Assembly: GCA_964016885.1 (NCBI GenBank)
Contig: OZ024741.1
Coordinates: 298,282,001-298,346,000, forward strand
Reading direction: 5' to 3'
Length of the DNA stretch: 64,000 nt
Origin: Eledone cirrhosa
Lineage: Eukaryota
Positions 13,430 to 27,445 of this stretch are shown here, piece by piece. The notes below the pieces were generated by a model. It was given only the letters and a program-made list of their open reading frames with translations. It ran no database searches and had not been told where the DNA came from. Both the position numbers and the translations under genes were made by a program. Position 1 is the stretch's first letter, and each line of letters starts with the position of its first letter.

Positions 13430-16361
13430 ATAGATATGAGCCTTAACACACAATAACTTTATACGCCGTGAACTACACAAAAAATACAAAACTACTGAAT
13501 CTACACTCACTAGCATTAATAAGGAAGGACTTAGCATGGTAAAAAAACTGAAAATATCCGATAGAACAGAGCCTCTAACCCCTTGTAACCCCACATTTAA
13601 CCTAAAGGATCATAAAAATAATTTAGAAACAGACCCCACAATTAGATTAATATGCCCATCGAAGTCGGATATATGTAGAATTAGCAAATATATACTAGAT
13701 AGAGTAATAGCACAAATCAAGCACACACTAACAATTAAGCTATCGGGTAACACTAACGAAGCAATAGACTGGTTCAACAAAATAGACAGTAAGGAAACAT
13801 CCAACTTTGAACAGTTTGACATTACGACTACTACTCTTCCATCTCTCCAGTCACCCTAGATAAAGCGCTAGCTTTTGCCCAGAAAAACTCGGACCAAACC
13901 TCTGATGAAATTAGAATAATACTAGCTGCTAGGAGAACTATCATTAGATTCGAAAATAGTTACTGGGAACGGAAAAACAGACAGAATAGCTTGGATATCA
14001 CAATGGGATCTAGCGACTCAGCACAGGTAACAGACATAGTTGGAATATATATAGCGCATAACTTACATACGGAATTTAATAATCTCCAAGGAGGAATTTA
14101 TAGAGACGACACACTCCTTTTAGTTAAGAACTTAAATAATCAAAACATGGAAAAATTACGGAAAAACATCAGAGTCTTCTTCAACAAACTAGGCCTAGGT
14201 ATCACTTTCGAACTTAACTCTAAAAAAGCAAACTTCTTAGATGTAACACTCAACCTAAACGCAGGATTAATAGAGCCCTTCCATAAAAATAACGAGAATC
14301 TAGCCTACGTTAGTTATAACTCAAACCATTCTCGATCCATAATTTACTTCATAGCACATAGTATATCCCTCAGAATATCCCGCCTATCTTCTAGCCTAGA
14401 GAATTTTAACGAACACGCAAACTACTATAACATAGCTTTACATAAGGAAGGCCATAAGGAGGGGCTCAAATACATACCAGAAAGAGACAACAACAACAAA
14501 CCTAGCGACAACTACACTACCCACACCTATAGAAATAACAAACATAGAACTAAACATAGAAATAGACAACGAGCACCAGAAATAACTGAACCGAATACTA
14601 ATATAAGGACCCCTAGGAATTATAGACAATCTAGAGATAGGAAATACTTATGGTTCAATCAAATACTCAACTCCGCTATAAAAACCCAACTACCTTCTAC
14701 ATTCTTTAAGCTAATTGACAAAGACTTCCCTAAACTACACAAATACAATAGAATCTTTAACAGAAAAACTATCAAACTCTCTTACTCTATTGCAGCCAAC
14801 ATAGAATCACACATACATAAAATCAACTATAAATGAATCTCTAAAGAAAAGAACCTACCAACATACACCGTAGCACCAAATACAAAACGCAAACACATAA
14901 CAACCTCACAACCACACATACATCAGGGCGCATCGCAACAAAACCTCAATAAACCTAAATCTCAGCCCATCCATAACAACATACACAACCGCAACGGAGA
15001 ACCTGCACACAGGAAGGCCTCCAACTGTAACTGCCACCCTCCGGATAAGTGCCCACTAAAAAATAGATGTCTGGAATCAAGTATGGTGTACCTGTGTACT
15101 ATAAATTCGGGCAACTTAACATGGCACTACATAGGTTCTACTACTGGGGAATACAAAAAAAATGGTACGTTCACAGACACTCTATGTAGAATCGTAGACT
15201 AGAGAACTCAACAATGCTGTCCAATAAAATCTGGCAGCTTAAGGACACAAACCAGGAATATGGAATTAGCTGGTCAAAATTATCGGGAGCAAGGGCCTAC
15301 AACAACGGAATGTCCCACTGTGGACTTTGCAATATGGAACTTCCATATTTTAAAGTATGATAAAATGCTGCTTAACAGCAAAATAGAAAGATCAATTTTC
15401 TGTAGGCACAAATCAGCTACCAAGTTCACAAATTTCAACATGATTCGACCCAGCAATCTCAAAATTCGAGCTGAACCACCCGGATTTTAATGTACTGAAT
15501 ACATACTACCACACTGTTATTAGCTGTCAACTGACTGACTGGTCACTAGATCAACATCATAAATCTCCTAACCATTCTTTCACTCTCTCTTCCTAAAGCC
15601 ACATCAACCCCATTAAGATAAGACAATCAGCATGCTAAACATTTACCACACACACATACACATTCTCCTTCCCCGTCCTTAGCCCTACCCCTTATGTCTC
15701 AACCTCGTATCTCTCACTTAATTTTTAATTTATTATTTTTTATCTTTTATCTGTCATTTGTTACCTCCTTTTATTCTATACTTCTAACCCTCTGAGATTT
15801 GACCACCACGTATGTATGTATCTAATGTTGCTTTTCATGTTAGTATTATCTCCACCCTCACATCTTTATACATACACTTACTCACTACCACCACTATTAT
15901 CAGCAATCGTATTCTGTACTTATATTTTTTAAACTTATTTTTTACATATGTAACTTCTTTACCTCTTTATCATTATATTTTATTATTGATGTTATTGTTT
16001 TGATTCTACGCTGTATCTATATATACCATTGCCATATGTGAAATCTCTAGTATTCTGAGGATTTGATCAGAGGTAAACACTGACGCAACTTCGAGTGATT
16101 AGCGGCCTTTATACTCACCTGATCAATGAAACAATTGTTAATACTTGAAATAAAACCCCTTGTTGTACAGCCGACCATGTTATTCTTCAATCTTTCACTA
16201 TTATTACTCCAAGTATAACCTGCATAGGAATTCTCGCGAACTCGCTACCTAACTATGGAAACATCTTGTTGAGTCAAACAAGGCCGTACGTTAAAACTAT
16301 CCACAACCTCTAACTACTCACAACCTCTAACTGGATTACCTATAACGATAACTTGTTATCC
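13430..16361 (+). mobile_element. Penelope-like element (Naiad type), 5'-truncated, frameshifted RT + GIY-YIG, with pLTR
   Basis: RLICPSKSDI, QFDI, DITMGSSDSAQV.DIVG, GIYRDD, NFLDVTLNL, CNCHPPDKCPL...VY...YIGST, LLNSK.E....CRH. Ends in (TA)n. Confidence 0.9.
16049..16145 (+). ncRNA. Type-I hammerhead with long stem II in a Naiad pLTR
   Basis: AGUAUU-CUGAGGA-U-UUGAUCAG...CUGAUCAA-U-GAAAC-AAUU-GUU|AAUACU: 6-bp stem I, self-complementary stem III, AATAAA downstream. Confidence 0.85.
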
Positions 16362-16374
16362 CATATATATATAT

Positions 16375-16419
<45 letters not shown>

Positions 16420-16422
<3 letters not shown>

Positions 16423-16612
16423 ATGTTCAAGACCCCGACGGCAGAGCTCAAGCCGTTTCGACGGCTATTTCTGGACTGAAATAGCCGTCGAAACGGCTTG
16501 AGCTCTGCCGTCGGGGTCTTGAACATTTTCCTATTACCCACTCTACTACCCCAAGTATTGCGTACTCTGGTGCGTTATGGTCCATCTGATTCCTTATCAC
16601 ACTTCCTTCGTT
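16420..16612. mobile_element. Second fold-back palindrome of pLTR family A
   Basis: Arms AAAATGTTCAAGACCCCGACGGC...GCCGTCGGGGTCTTGAACATTTT, axis ~16475; the right side continues to the element 3' end TTCCTTCGTT; TA-rich tracts on both sides. Confidence 0.85.
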
Positions 16613-16680
16613 ATGTATATATATACATATTATTCAATATATTAATAAATGAAAAATATTCTCATAACCAAAATATATAT

Positions 16681-16734
16681 TTTATTATACATATTTCGAA
16701 TGTACAATGTACAAGTACGTTTTCATCAGATAAA
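16681..16734 (-). ncRNA. Hammerhead motif (31552 family) inside an AT-rich inverted repeat (~16628-16858)
   Basis: UUUAU-CUGAUGA-...GUAC...GUAC...-GAAAU-AUGU-AUA|AUAAA; stem II base is imperfect. Confidence 0.65.
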
Positions 16735-17001
16735 ATATATGAGAGATTGGATATGCGACATACCGCTACGGTTCTGATTATTCAATTCCAGTAGTGGCAC
16801 TAAAATATATATTTTGGTTAAGAGAATATTTTTCATTTATTAATATTTTGAATAATACTAAATACTCCAGAAAAATAGCTGTCGAGTGCTTCTAATCTAT
16901 TGTAAAGTTGTATTCGTTGAATAATCAACGAACCATTTAAACTTTGGTTATATATATACAGATATATGTATATATATGTATATATACATATGTATATATG
17001 T

Positions 17002-17032
<31 letters not shown>

Positions 17033-17068
17033 CATATGTATATATGTATATTATATATATATATATAT

Positions 17069-19167
17069 AACTTTGAAATGTTTTGGCCAGTTTTGGCCCA
17101 GGCCATGTCTAACTTAATAGCACCACCTGGCGAAGTCTTTCAATTCAGGATTTGGGCACCATGGCCCATTCGAGAAGAGAATTACTGTTTGCGGAGACAT
17201 ATCCGGGTGTGGGTGGTTTGTCCGGGATTACTTGGAGGAATTCGTCCAAAGACTTCTTGAATTTTGTGTGGTCAGTTTCTGTTTTGACGTGTCCTGGTGT
17301 GATGTTGAAGAGAGCAGGGCCAATTGAGGTGAAATAATTGTGCCGTATTGTTGTTATGAGTTGCGATTTAGATTTTTGTTTGGGACGGATAGCACGGGGC
17401 CCAAGCCTTGGGTGTATTTTGAAGGCGATGCCAACATCATTTGGGCAGTGATGATGGAACATTTTCCACATCATGCAGATAATATAACGCTCACGGCGAC
17501 GTTGGAGTGAGTAAAGTTTCAGCTTTTCTAGTCGACCCCAGTAGTCAAGGTCTGACATGCCATCTATCTTTTTCGTGATTGCCCTTTGAGGAGCTTCAAG
17601 TTTCATGATACTTTGTTTCGTGTGGGGAGACCACAGTGGACAACAGTATTCAAGGTGTGGTCGGGAAAAAGTAGAGAAGAGAAGGATAATGGTGTGGGAA
17701 TCTCTCGACTGGAAGGTTCTGAGGATCCAGGAACACATTCTGCGGGCCATGTCAACTTTGCTGCTTATATGCGTGGCCCAGCTTATGTTGCTGTCCACGG
17801 TTACTCCCAAGTCTCTGATGTTGTTAGATGCCACGAGAGTTTCACCGGAGGGAAGGGAGTACGGGAGTTTCAGAGCATCCTCTTTTCCAAAGTGGATCAG
17901 TTCGAATTTGTCTTCGTTCAGTAACATGTTGTTCTTTTCCGCCCATTGGGTAACAGCCAGTAGGTCTGACTGAAGGCTTATCTGGTCATCCACGCCATTG
18001 ATGACCTTTTGGAGCTTGGAATCATCAGCGAAAATTTTAATGTTGCTGTGTTTGATGATGTCAGTGATGTCATTAATATAGATGATGAAGAGAAGTGGGC
18101 CCAACACAGTGCCTTGTGGGACCCCACTACTGACTTTGGCTGGGCTGAATTTGACTCCTTCAACTACAACATGTTGGGTTCTGTTTGACAGGAAGCTCTT
18201 GATCCACTGCAGCAGCTTTCCAGTGACACCAATATTGGACAGCTTTCTCAGTAGAATGTTGTGATCAACCCTGTCAAAGGCCTTGCTGAAATCAAGGTAG
18301 ATAACATCAGTGTTGGAACCCTCTCCCAAGGCTCTCAAAATGTCATCAAAGTGATGCAGTAGCTGCGTCAGGCAATCCCTTCCATTACGGAATCCATGCT
18401 GGTTGGAGTTAAGCATATTGTTACTCTCAAGGAAGTGGGTCATTCGCGATCTCACCACTCTCTCAAATACCTTAATGATATGAGAGGTGAGTGAGATTGG
18501 ACGGTAATTCACGGCAAGGGATTTGTTTCCTTTTTTGAAAACTGGGACAACAGACTGGGATAGAAGGTTTTCTGGCACATATCCAGCATCCAGTGAGTTC
18601 CGCCACAGATTGGCAAGAGGAGATGCAAGTTGGTGTTGACACGCCTTCAAGACACAAGCAGGGAACCTATCGGGAACTACTGCTGAATTATGCTTGATTT
18701 CCTTTATTGTCGCTAAGACATCAGGGGCGCCAAACGTTATGTCCGATAAGGTGTAATGGGGAGTAACATCGCCGATACAGCCCAGATCGGCCATATCAGG
18801 ATTGCTGAAAACAGAGCAGTATTGTTTCTGCAGTATCTCACCCATGGTTTTAGCATTGTCTTGAAGAGTGCCATTTTCATCAATTAGAGGGCCAACAGTA
18901 GAGCCAGTGATTTTGTGTTTTTTTGCAAATGAAAAGAACACTTTGGGATTGAGTTTGATCTTCTCAATGGCCCAGGCCTCTTCTCTGATTGTTGATGATA
19001 GACATCATGTTATTTTGGAGGTTATGTTTTTTAATCTCTAGTGATGAAATGGCAGTCAAGTCGATGTGTTGCTGTTGACAGTATTTCAGCTTGTTGATTT
19101 TTTTGTTCGTTCTCTTAATTTTCCTGATGAGCGTTTTTCTATTTCTAGGGATTCTGCTCTTAGATTT

Positions 19168-19171
<4 letters not shown>
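17069..19171 (-). mobile_element. CR1-group LINE, 5'-truncated, both ends in (TA)n
   Basis: Contains an uninterrupted RT ORF; 3' UTR matches 43980-44084. Confidence 0.92.
17145..18941 (-). CDS. LINE ORF2 reverse transcriptase portion (598 aa, open but 5'-truncated)
   Basis: NYRPISLTS, QHGFR, YLDFSKAFD, SGVPQGTVLGP, FADD, RPHLEYC, LYSLQRRR motifs. Confidence 0.9.
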   Translation of the reverse strand: MFFSFAKKHKITGSTVGPLIDENGTLQDNAKTMGEILQKQYCSVFSNPDMADLGCIGDVTPHYTLSDITFGAPDVLATIKEIKHNSAVVPDRFPACVLKACQHQLASPLANLWRNSLDAGYVPENLLSQSVVPVFKKGNKSLAVNYRPISLTSHIIKVFERVVRSRMTHFLESNNMLNSNQHGFRNGRDCLTQLLHHFDDILRALGEGSNTDVIYLDFSKAFDRVDHNILLRKLSNIGVTGKLLQWIKSFLSNRTQHVVVEGVKFSPAKVSSGVPQGTVLGPLLFIIYINDITDIIKHSNIKIFADDSKLQKVINGVDDQISLQSDLLAVTQWAEKNNMLLNEDKFELIHFGKEDALKLPYSLPSGETLVASNNIRDLGVTVDSNISWATHISSKVDMARRMCSWILRTFQSRDSHTIILLFSTFSRPHLEYCCPLWSPHTKQSIMKLEAPQRAITKKIDGMSDLDYWGRLEKLKLYSLQRRRERYIICMMWKMFHHHCPNDVGIAFKIHPRLGPRAIRPKQKSKSQLITTIRHNYFTSIGPALFNITPGHVKTETDHTKFKKSLDEFLQVIPDKPPTPGYVSANSNSLLEWAMVPKS

Positions 19172-19263
<92 letters not shown>

Positions 19264-19272
19264 CATATATAC

Positions 19273-19366
<94 letters not shown>

Positions 19367-19375
19367 CATATGTAC

Positions 19376-19456
<81 letters not shown>

Positions 19457-19469
19457 TATACATATATAG

Positions 19470-19510
<41 letters not shown>

Positions 19511-19632
19511 TATACATATATAGATATGTATATATATATATATACATATATATACATATATCTGTATATATATAACCAAAGTTTAAATATATAATTTTAA
19601 CCTATTGACTTCTTGTTATATATATATATATA

Positions 19633-22600
19633 CTAGCTGAGCTACCCGGTGATACACGGGTATTTTATGAAACTTATAATATATTTGGCGCACATTACAA
19701 AATATTTGACCATTCAAATAGGATTGCTGAATTTTAACCAAAGTAGGAATTGTAGCAGAATATTTATTGCCGTTTGGTCAAAGTAAATCATCTAGATAAA
19801 AATATTATTTTTTTCCAGTAGTGATTTTTTTGAATACTGCTCCCTATTACAGTCAGCATATATAATGCTTTACTCATAGATGAATCATTAGGTATGTTGT
19901 CAGTGAAAAGGGCATGACCCCAAAAAATACATTTAGATTTTTTTTATTTATCCTTTTCTTTCTTTTATTTTTCTTTTGCTCAATCTGAACCTCTGAAATT
20001 CAAACAACATGTAAAGACTATTTTAAAAACCATAAATAAAATAAGAAAATAAATTTAGCATTGGTTTATGATTGAATGAAGCATTTACTTACTCATTTCT
20101 GTAATTCGGGAAAAGTGTATTTAAATTTGTACACTGTAGCTTTCACCAATCTTTGCCTCTATGGCAGTAGGATTTTGTTTGAGGGAGATTTGTTTTCTAT
20201 TTCTATTAGCTATACCAATAGTTATAGTGGCTCACATGACATACATAGATACATACACTCACATGTATGTGTGTAAGACAGTTGTTTGTGATTTGAAATG
20301 GATTTTGCTAATATTTCTAGTAGATCGAGTTATCACATAGAACCATTCCTTTTTGCTTCATACATATATACATACCTGAGAAAGTAAGGTGGGATTTGAA
20401 GGAAATTTGGCTGCTATTTCTACCCAACAAAGTCCTCACTTATACTACTTTATATAGCAGAGGTACCCGGGAATGCCTGCATATTCTTCCAAAGTAACAC
20501 CATGCAGTAAATTTGCGGCTTCAGAATTCCTTGCAAACTACATGACTAAGGAATTAGGATCTGTGTGTATTGTCATTGAAAGAGGTATTACGACATTGCT
20601 CATTCCAAAGCCTCTGGATAAACAAGATTCTTGGTTTTGCCCTGTGGTGCCACAATGAAGAGACAATCAGGGTTCCCAACCCTTGTTGAGCCAACATAGA
20701 GATGATCATGTGAAAAGACAGGATCTGCCAGATTCAACCCAACGACTTTCAATGACTGCCTTTGAGATTTATTAATGGTCATGGCAAAACTGAGCCTGAT
20801 CCGAAATTGAAGTCTTTGAAATTCAAATGGCAAATCAGTTGGCTTCAGAGGTATTCTGGGAATGAAACAATTGTCACCAGCAAATTTTCCTGACATGATT
20901 GCAACTTCTAGAACATTGGACATAATATTTTTGATGATGAGTCTTGTCCCATTACAAAGTTTTGGTGGATCCAGATTGCAAAGTAGCATAACCGATGCTC
21001 CAAGCTTCAGTATTAGGTTGTGTGGAGGAATTCCCGCTCGTTCAAGACTGTTCAAAAATTCAGTTGGATAGTTTACAACCTGGTCTTGAGAAGTGATTGT
21101 GTCAACTGATTTGTAGCATATTTTCTCTCCCGGTAACATCTCCAGCAGCCTTCTGTTGATTTCTGTCACAGCAACATTTTTAGGTGCTAAGATTGCTCGT
21201 TCACAGAGCCATTTCGGATCACATTGCCTGGTCTGAATGTTTGGAAACACTCTGGCAATCTGTTCTAGTTCTGTGTCAATGATATGGCCAAATGACAACT
21301 AAATGTGGTCATTGGAGTCTTTTCAAGAAGTCCATTTCCCAATTTAAGTAGTTGGATGGCAAACTCACTGACACCTTCGTTACCAGTTAAGTGCACTCGC
21401 ATGCTGGTTGTAAGGCTCAGCAGCTGAAAGCGGGGCCAGAGATAAGATGTTTTCAGACAGGCATTGACCTGATCAGCTCGAGTCCCTCGAAGAATTACAG
21501 GCAGAGTTTATCTGAAATCACCAGCAAGAACCATTGTCACTCCTCCCATTATGCAACTATTTTCTCTCAGATCCCTTATCGTCCACTCCAAAGCTTCAAT
21601 TGCTCCTTTATGGCTCATAGTAGCTTCATCCCAAATTATCATCTTGCCCTTGGTGAGTTCTTCTTGATGTTGCAAAAAGATTGTTCATGCCACGTGAGAT
21701 CTATGGGCAGCTTAAACATGGCGTGTGCAGTTCTTCCTCCATCCAGAAGTGTTGCTGCAATGCCACTTGAAGCCACAGCAAGGGCAATATGTTGCTTTTG
21801 GCTAACTTTTGCAAGCAGGAGGTTTATGAGGAATGTCTTGCCTGTGCCAGCAGGAGCATCGATGAAGAAAAGTCCTCCCCTGTCTTATTTTGAATGTTTT
21901 CGATGATGTTGTGGTAGGCGTATTTCTGGTCATCCATCAATCGATGTTCATTTTCATCCAGAAACTTACGCAATGCTTGAATATCGTAGTTTGTCTCCTG
22001 AAAAATGTCTTGTGCTACCTCAATTTCTTCATCTGGGTCTGGCATCCCGCAGTTAGCTAATGTGCTATTCATTGCTTGAACTGGATGGGACAGGTCACAG
22101 AGAGCTTGATTGCAAATCCTGGGGTATATTCCATATACATATTGCCATAATGTCTTCGGGCTAGGTGTCGATAGTCATCCGACATATTGTTTTTGTACAC
22201 CTGCCAGAGTAGATGAGCTTCATCAATTCCACATGCTGTGAGCATTATAGCAAATAATTGTTTTATTTGACTGGCTACTTGAGTGATTGCTGCTTCTTCT
22301 AGGCACTTCTTCCAGTGTCCATTGTCATGCAGGAGTCCATGCTGTTTACATGCTTCTTGGTATGTTGCGCACTCCCTTCCTCTGAAGCACCAAAGATCTT
22401 AAAATGACGTTTGTCTTCGAACAGTATGCAGATGTAGCCGTCAATAAAAACATTCTCTGTTGTTGGGATTGACATTGTAAACACGCCCAATAGCATCACT
22501 TGACTTGACTTCATGAGCTTCCACTAAATGACCTTGCTTTCTTCAATTCCAGGTCTTGCAATTGGTCCAGGTGTAGTATGTTGGGACTTCCGCATATAGG

Positions 22601-25600
22601 AGGGATCGAGCAAATTCTGGTCTACGCCTACGATAAAGGAGGTATCCATTATTGTCAGTCCAAGTTTCCCGAATAAAAGCTCTAGGATAATGTTTGCTGC
22701 ATTTTTGATCTTTCATGCAGGGAGAGGCTGGATTGATGACTCCACATGGACCATGAATGAGTTTGGACTTGATGGTTTCAAAGAGCTCTGGATCACCACC
22801 TTTATTAGGCAACTCTGCTGAAATGATCTTATCAACATCATCTGGTTTTATCTTCTTGCACCAGATTAGTGTGTGAGAGTGAGGAAGAACTCTCGTCTGC
22901 AACTCAATAGTGGTCATCCAAGCACTAAGCTCACCAAAGATTCTTCCTTCTTTTAGGAGCCAGATGAGTTTTTTTTGCTTTTCATGGGAAACCCGAGCAA
23001 TGAGGTCATGTCGATCCTTTGGTTTTTTATTTTGAAATAATTCATTTGATATTTCTGACCAGTTTTTTGAATTGCATGTAAATGTAATGAAGAGATCTGG
23101 CCGACCAAATTTTCTGACATAGGCCATTGCATCTTGCGTACGTTCATGGATGTAACGTGGTCCTCCCGTGGAGCTTGATGGTAGTATGACTGGCTGGCCA
23201 ATATTTCTTGGGTCAACATCAGAATTGATGGGATCTCTAAGGTGGATGTAGTTATCTGCCCTCAACTTAGTTTGATTCCTTCGCAGAAAACCCAATACTT
23301 CTGTTTCAATTTGGTATACATGTCCACCATGAACTGGCTGGTTACTTCTTTGAATCGCAGAACTTGGTTGAAGTGATCACGTACCATGAAATGTTAAGCA
23401 TAGAATTCTTTGCGGCTGATTGATCGGCCAGTTTCTTGTCCCGTTCCTGGGCTTATCTGCCGTAGCTGAAAATGATATCCACCTTGACCATTCCAAAAGA
23501 TGAGCGGATATTGGAGTGAATCATAGGGTCTATGAGTTTCACAAATTCGCTCCAAATGTCCACTTCGTTTTTGCAAAACAATGTCACGTCGTTCATGCTG
23601 TTCATCAACCATTATGATTGCAACTTCATCAGTGAATTTGCATTCATGTTCTGAAGCTGGGCGTTTGTCTGCCCTAATGATGATTTTACGATCTCTGGTG
23701 TTGTTCATATGCTCCAGTGCATATTTAAATACACTGACGTACATGTGATGTTGGTGAAGCATTTCTTGTAACTTTATGACTATGTAGAACTGCAATCCAC
23801 CATGGACATTGGTACATCTTTGTTGTGTTTGTTTTTTCATTTCCACCCATGAAGTAAACCTGCACAAATTTGTGAAAGTGGCAGAAGGCCACCCATTAAG
23901 TGGTAACACTGTCCCTGAAGTTTATAAGTTGTAGAGAATCTAAAGTCAGTCACATTCCTGTCAGCCCCAAAAGATGTCATTTGAAAGGCAGAATTATATT
24001 TTATGATGTATTTATTGAAGTGTAGTGCTTCTGGTGTATGCTGAAGGAGCAGTTTCTTCAGAAACTCAGGAGGTTCTTGTATTGTTTTAAGGCTCACTTT
24101 GCCTTTTGAGCAGCATAGACTTGGTGTTTCTGCTGCCCACTTCTTAGCTCCCCAGTAGTGGCAGCATTTGTTCTTTTTCCCAATGTTGATTTGGGGATTA
24201 CCGCTGTAGTCCTTTTGGGGGTCATAAGAAAAAGCACCCATCAGCCAGTTCGTTTTACTTGTGGCTTGTCCTCCTGCTCGGGCAGTAGCACGATGTGCTT
24301 GATTAGCATTTCGTCTGATTTGCTTCTGTTCCTTAATTTATTGTTCTCGTGTAGCAGCAGTCCTTTGTTCCCGTTCATCCAAACGGTGCGCTCGTGCTAA
24401 AGCTAGACGGGCATGCCGAACTTCTTCACTTTCTTCAGATCGCTGTGTTTTCTTTCTCTGAGCCTCTGAAGATGACCTTCCATATAATGATCTGGAATGT
24501 TTTCTAGGCATTTGAAGTGATATTATTACACATCACACGATAAAATAAAGTACTAGTAATGCACTGGAATAATTGCTGGCCTTGTGCCAAAAGTAGAAAC
24601 AATTATTACACACCACACTCTTTCCGAAATAGAAACAACTATAGAATGTATTGTTCACTCAGTAAAGTTGTTTTAAATTATCTCTTTATATGAATGTATA
24701 TTAGGTGTAATTAATTTTAGTCATATGTAGAAAATATTGGGATTTCAGATTGTATTTTGAAATTATCATTTTTTATCCCCCCCCCCCAAAAAAAAAAAAA
24801 CGACAAACACTACACAAATAGAATTTTCTGTCTTAATTCAAATAACAGTGGAAAATAATATATTCAAATAATATCTTTTTAAAATACCGTTTTTTTATCT
24901 GTTAAATACATACATATATACAACTTCTATAAAAGCATCTGATTTCTTTTGACATATGTAGAAAATAAGCTTTGATGGTAACATATATCGTCTGCTAAAG
25001 AACGCCCCCCCCCATAACACACACATATGTGTGTGTAAATATATATATAAACGCGGACACACGTTAGGTAAAGAATCCCTCCGATCACCCTCCCTCTCTC
25101 TTGCCTCTTTACTTTTTTCTCTCCCCCATCTTTTCTCCTTTCTTATTGTCTTTCACTCCTCATCCGCCTCACTCCCTTTCTCTTTCTCATCTCCTCTCTT
25201 TCTTTCTCTCTCTCATCCTCTACAGAATAGCGAACAAAAAATAAATAAAAGATAAATAACATTGGGAGAGTTAAGAAGTGTGTAAAAATAATAAATAAAT
25301 AAAAGTTAATGAACGCTGGCTACTTTCCCTCTCTCTCTCCCATCCCATTACTCTCTCTCTCTCTTTTTCTCTCTCACATCCCCCTCTCTCTACAGAATAG
25401 AGAACAAAAAATAAAGAAAAGATAAATAACGTTAAGGAAGCGGGAGAGTTAAAAAGTGTGTAAAAATAATAAATAAATAAAAGTTAACAACGCTGGAAGC
25501 TTCCCCTCACTCTCTTTCATCTATTTACGTTACGAAAATACACTTGTAAACAAGCCTATTTGAATACACCGTAAAACAAGCAAATATTTTGTAAAAAAAA

Positions 25601-25640
25601 AGCATTGATCTCGAATAAAGCCTTATGAGATTTTCATTTA
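19633..25640 (-). mobile_element. Helitron, decayed autonomous copy (5' boundary uncertain)
   Basis: Minus-strand 3' end ACCCGTGTATCACCGGGT hairpin followed by CTAG|T at 19633; internal RepHel pseudogene; direct subrepeats at ~25190-25520. Confidence 0.85.
20600..24511 (-). pseudogene. Helitron RepHel (HUH Rep + Pif1-like helicase), frameshifted and internally deleted
   Basis: LCCSKGKV, YNSAFQMTSFG, YDSLQYPL, PDLFITFTCN, LPHSH (HUH), HGPCG...SPCM, GTGKTF, ASSGIAATLL.GGRTAH, KLCNGTRL, FAMTINKSQ. The region expected to hold the catalytic YxxKY is missing after YRRR. Confidence 0.92.
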
Positions 25641-25679
25641 GAAGCAATGAGGGGTGGGTGGGGTGAGGGTGAGGTAAGT

Positions 25680-26068
25680 CCTACGCAATCGGTGTTTACA
25701 TGCGGTTACAAGTTCGTCTTTTTTGTTTAGGAGTTGGTCCTTCGTAAACAGCATTTGTATTGTTTCCTCTGAGCATAAGTTATACGGACGGCGTCCTCAG
25801 GTGTAGGATTTAGCCCTGGAAAGTAAGCTCCAAGTAAGATGGTATGTAGTGTTATTATCTTGGAGGTCCCAGATGTGGCCTGAAAGTATAGTGGCATGTC
25901 GCCGGGCTGGGTTTCTGAACGTATGTCGGTGTTGGTAGCGCCGGGTCTTAAAGTCACAAGCGGTTAATTCTATATAGGCTTTGTTGGAGTTTTCCTTTCT
26001 CACGTTGCATTGGTAGAACACGGCTCTACCAACACCGACATACGTTCAGAAACCCAGCCCGGTGACAT
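25680..26068 (-). mobile_element. Naiad-type PLE GIY-YIG fragment with a short inverted 5' fold-back
   Basis: FYQCNV...YIELTACDFKTR..QHRHTF...TILSGHIW...LC.EE...LLNKKDEL..ACKH; 26020-26068 is an inverted copy of ~25896-25944. Confidence 0.8.
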
Positions 26069-26071
26069 TTT

Positions 26072-26136
<65 letters not shown>

Positions 26137-26623
26137 GTGAAGTTTTTTTACAAAATGAAAAATAACCGAGGTGTCCTACACGAGTGAAAGTATAAGGAAA
26201 AAAGATGAAATCGAAAATGCAACTGGAGTCTTATTTAAAAAAAAAAAAATATATATATTTATTTGGTTCCTTTACCGGTTTCGCAGTTCTTCTGCTTTTA
26301 AAAAGTAGAGTTGAGACGGAGGGTCTGTGGTTTTTCTCACATCTGGTTGGTCTTTGAATGTTACTTGATTTATATGGAAGAAAGTAGCTCGAAACGCCAG
26401 GTTTTAGAGAAGTAATTTGATTGGTTGGTGAATAAGTATAATCAATTTCGCGCCAGTTCGCGTTACAAAGTTCTTCAAACATGGGGGGTGGGGGTGGGGG
26501 GGGGGGTGCTCAGGTTGTTTTTTCATATATGAGTGAAGTTTGGTTGGTTGATGCACTCACGTGAATAAGCACATCAGCTTTCGCGCCAGTTTGTTGGAAT
26601 TTCTTTTTACATAAAAAAAGTGG

Positions 26624-26696
<73 letters not shown>

Positions 26697-26920
26697 TAAG
26701 GTTAATATATATCTGAGGGTACAATGTACCCCCGGAAATATATAGTGTGTCTATGATTTAAGGTGGTTCTATGGTAATAATTTGATATACCAGAACTTAA
26801 TATCAAGATAAGCAGAACAAGTAAAATTCAACCAATTTTTCAAAATAAATCAAAATTAATATACAATTAAAATTAATCAAAATTAAAAAATATAATATAA
26901 ATATTTACCTATTCAAATGG

Positions 26921-26998
26921 CCCTAACTGTACAGTTTCACGTTGCAAAACATTAGATATCACGTGGATATTAATGGAAAAGCAAAGATCATCAGAGAA
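26921..26998 (-). ncRNA. Type-I hammerhead, tandem unit copy 1
   Basis: UUCU-CUGAUGA-long interrupted stem II-GAAAC-UGUACA-GUU|AGGG; stem III region AACUGUACAGUU is self-complementary. Confidence 0.8.
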
Positions 26999-27445
26999 GC
27001 ATTTTCCTATCCTAGGGTTAAAAACCCCAGGAACGATAAAATATATGACCTCACTCCAACTAATACAGGTCTGAAAGGTCGTGAAAGTGACCCATAAATA
27101 CGTTGGTGTATAGTGAAGGCGGGAAATCATAGACTGGTCGTCTATGATCGCTACCAAAAAAGATTTTTAGCAACTAAATAGAACGACAGGATTTTTCTCT
27201 ACATACTTGGAGAATATTGAATAAGGTTAATATATATCTGAGGGTACAATGTACCCCCGGAAATATATAGTGTGTCTATGATTTAAGGTGGTTCTATGGT
27301 AATAATTTGATATACCAGAACTTAATATCAAGATAAACAGAACAAGTAAAATTCAACCAATTTTTCAAAATAAATCAAAATTAATATACAATTAAAATTA
27401 ATCAAAATTAAAAAATATAATATAAATATTTACCTATTCAAATGG

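Noticed and set aside
14834-14836. In-frame TGA in a Naiad ORF as possible selenocysteine (some Naiads encode Sec)
   Set aside because: It falls at a basic-residue position, probably CGA to TGA decay, not at a conserved Cys. The CNC/CPL cysteines use TGT/TGC and the copy has other frameshifts.
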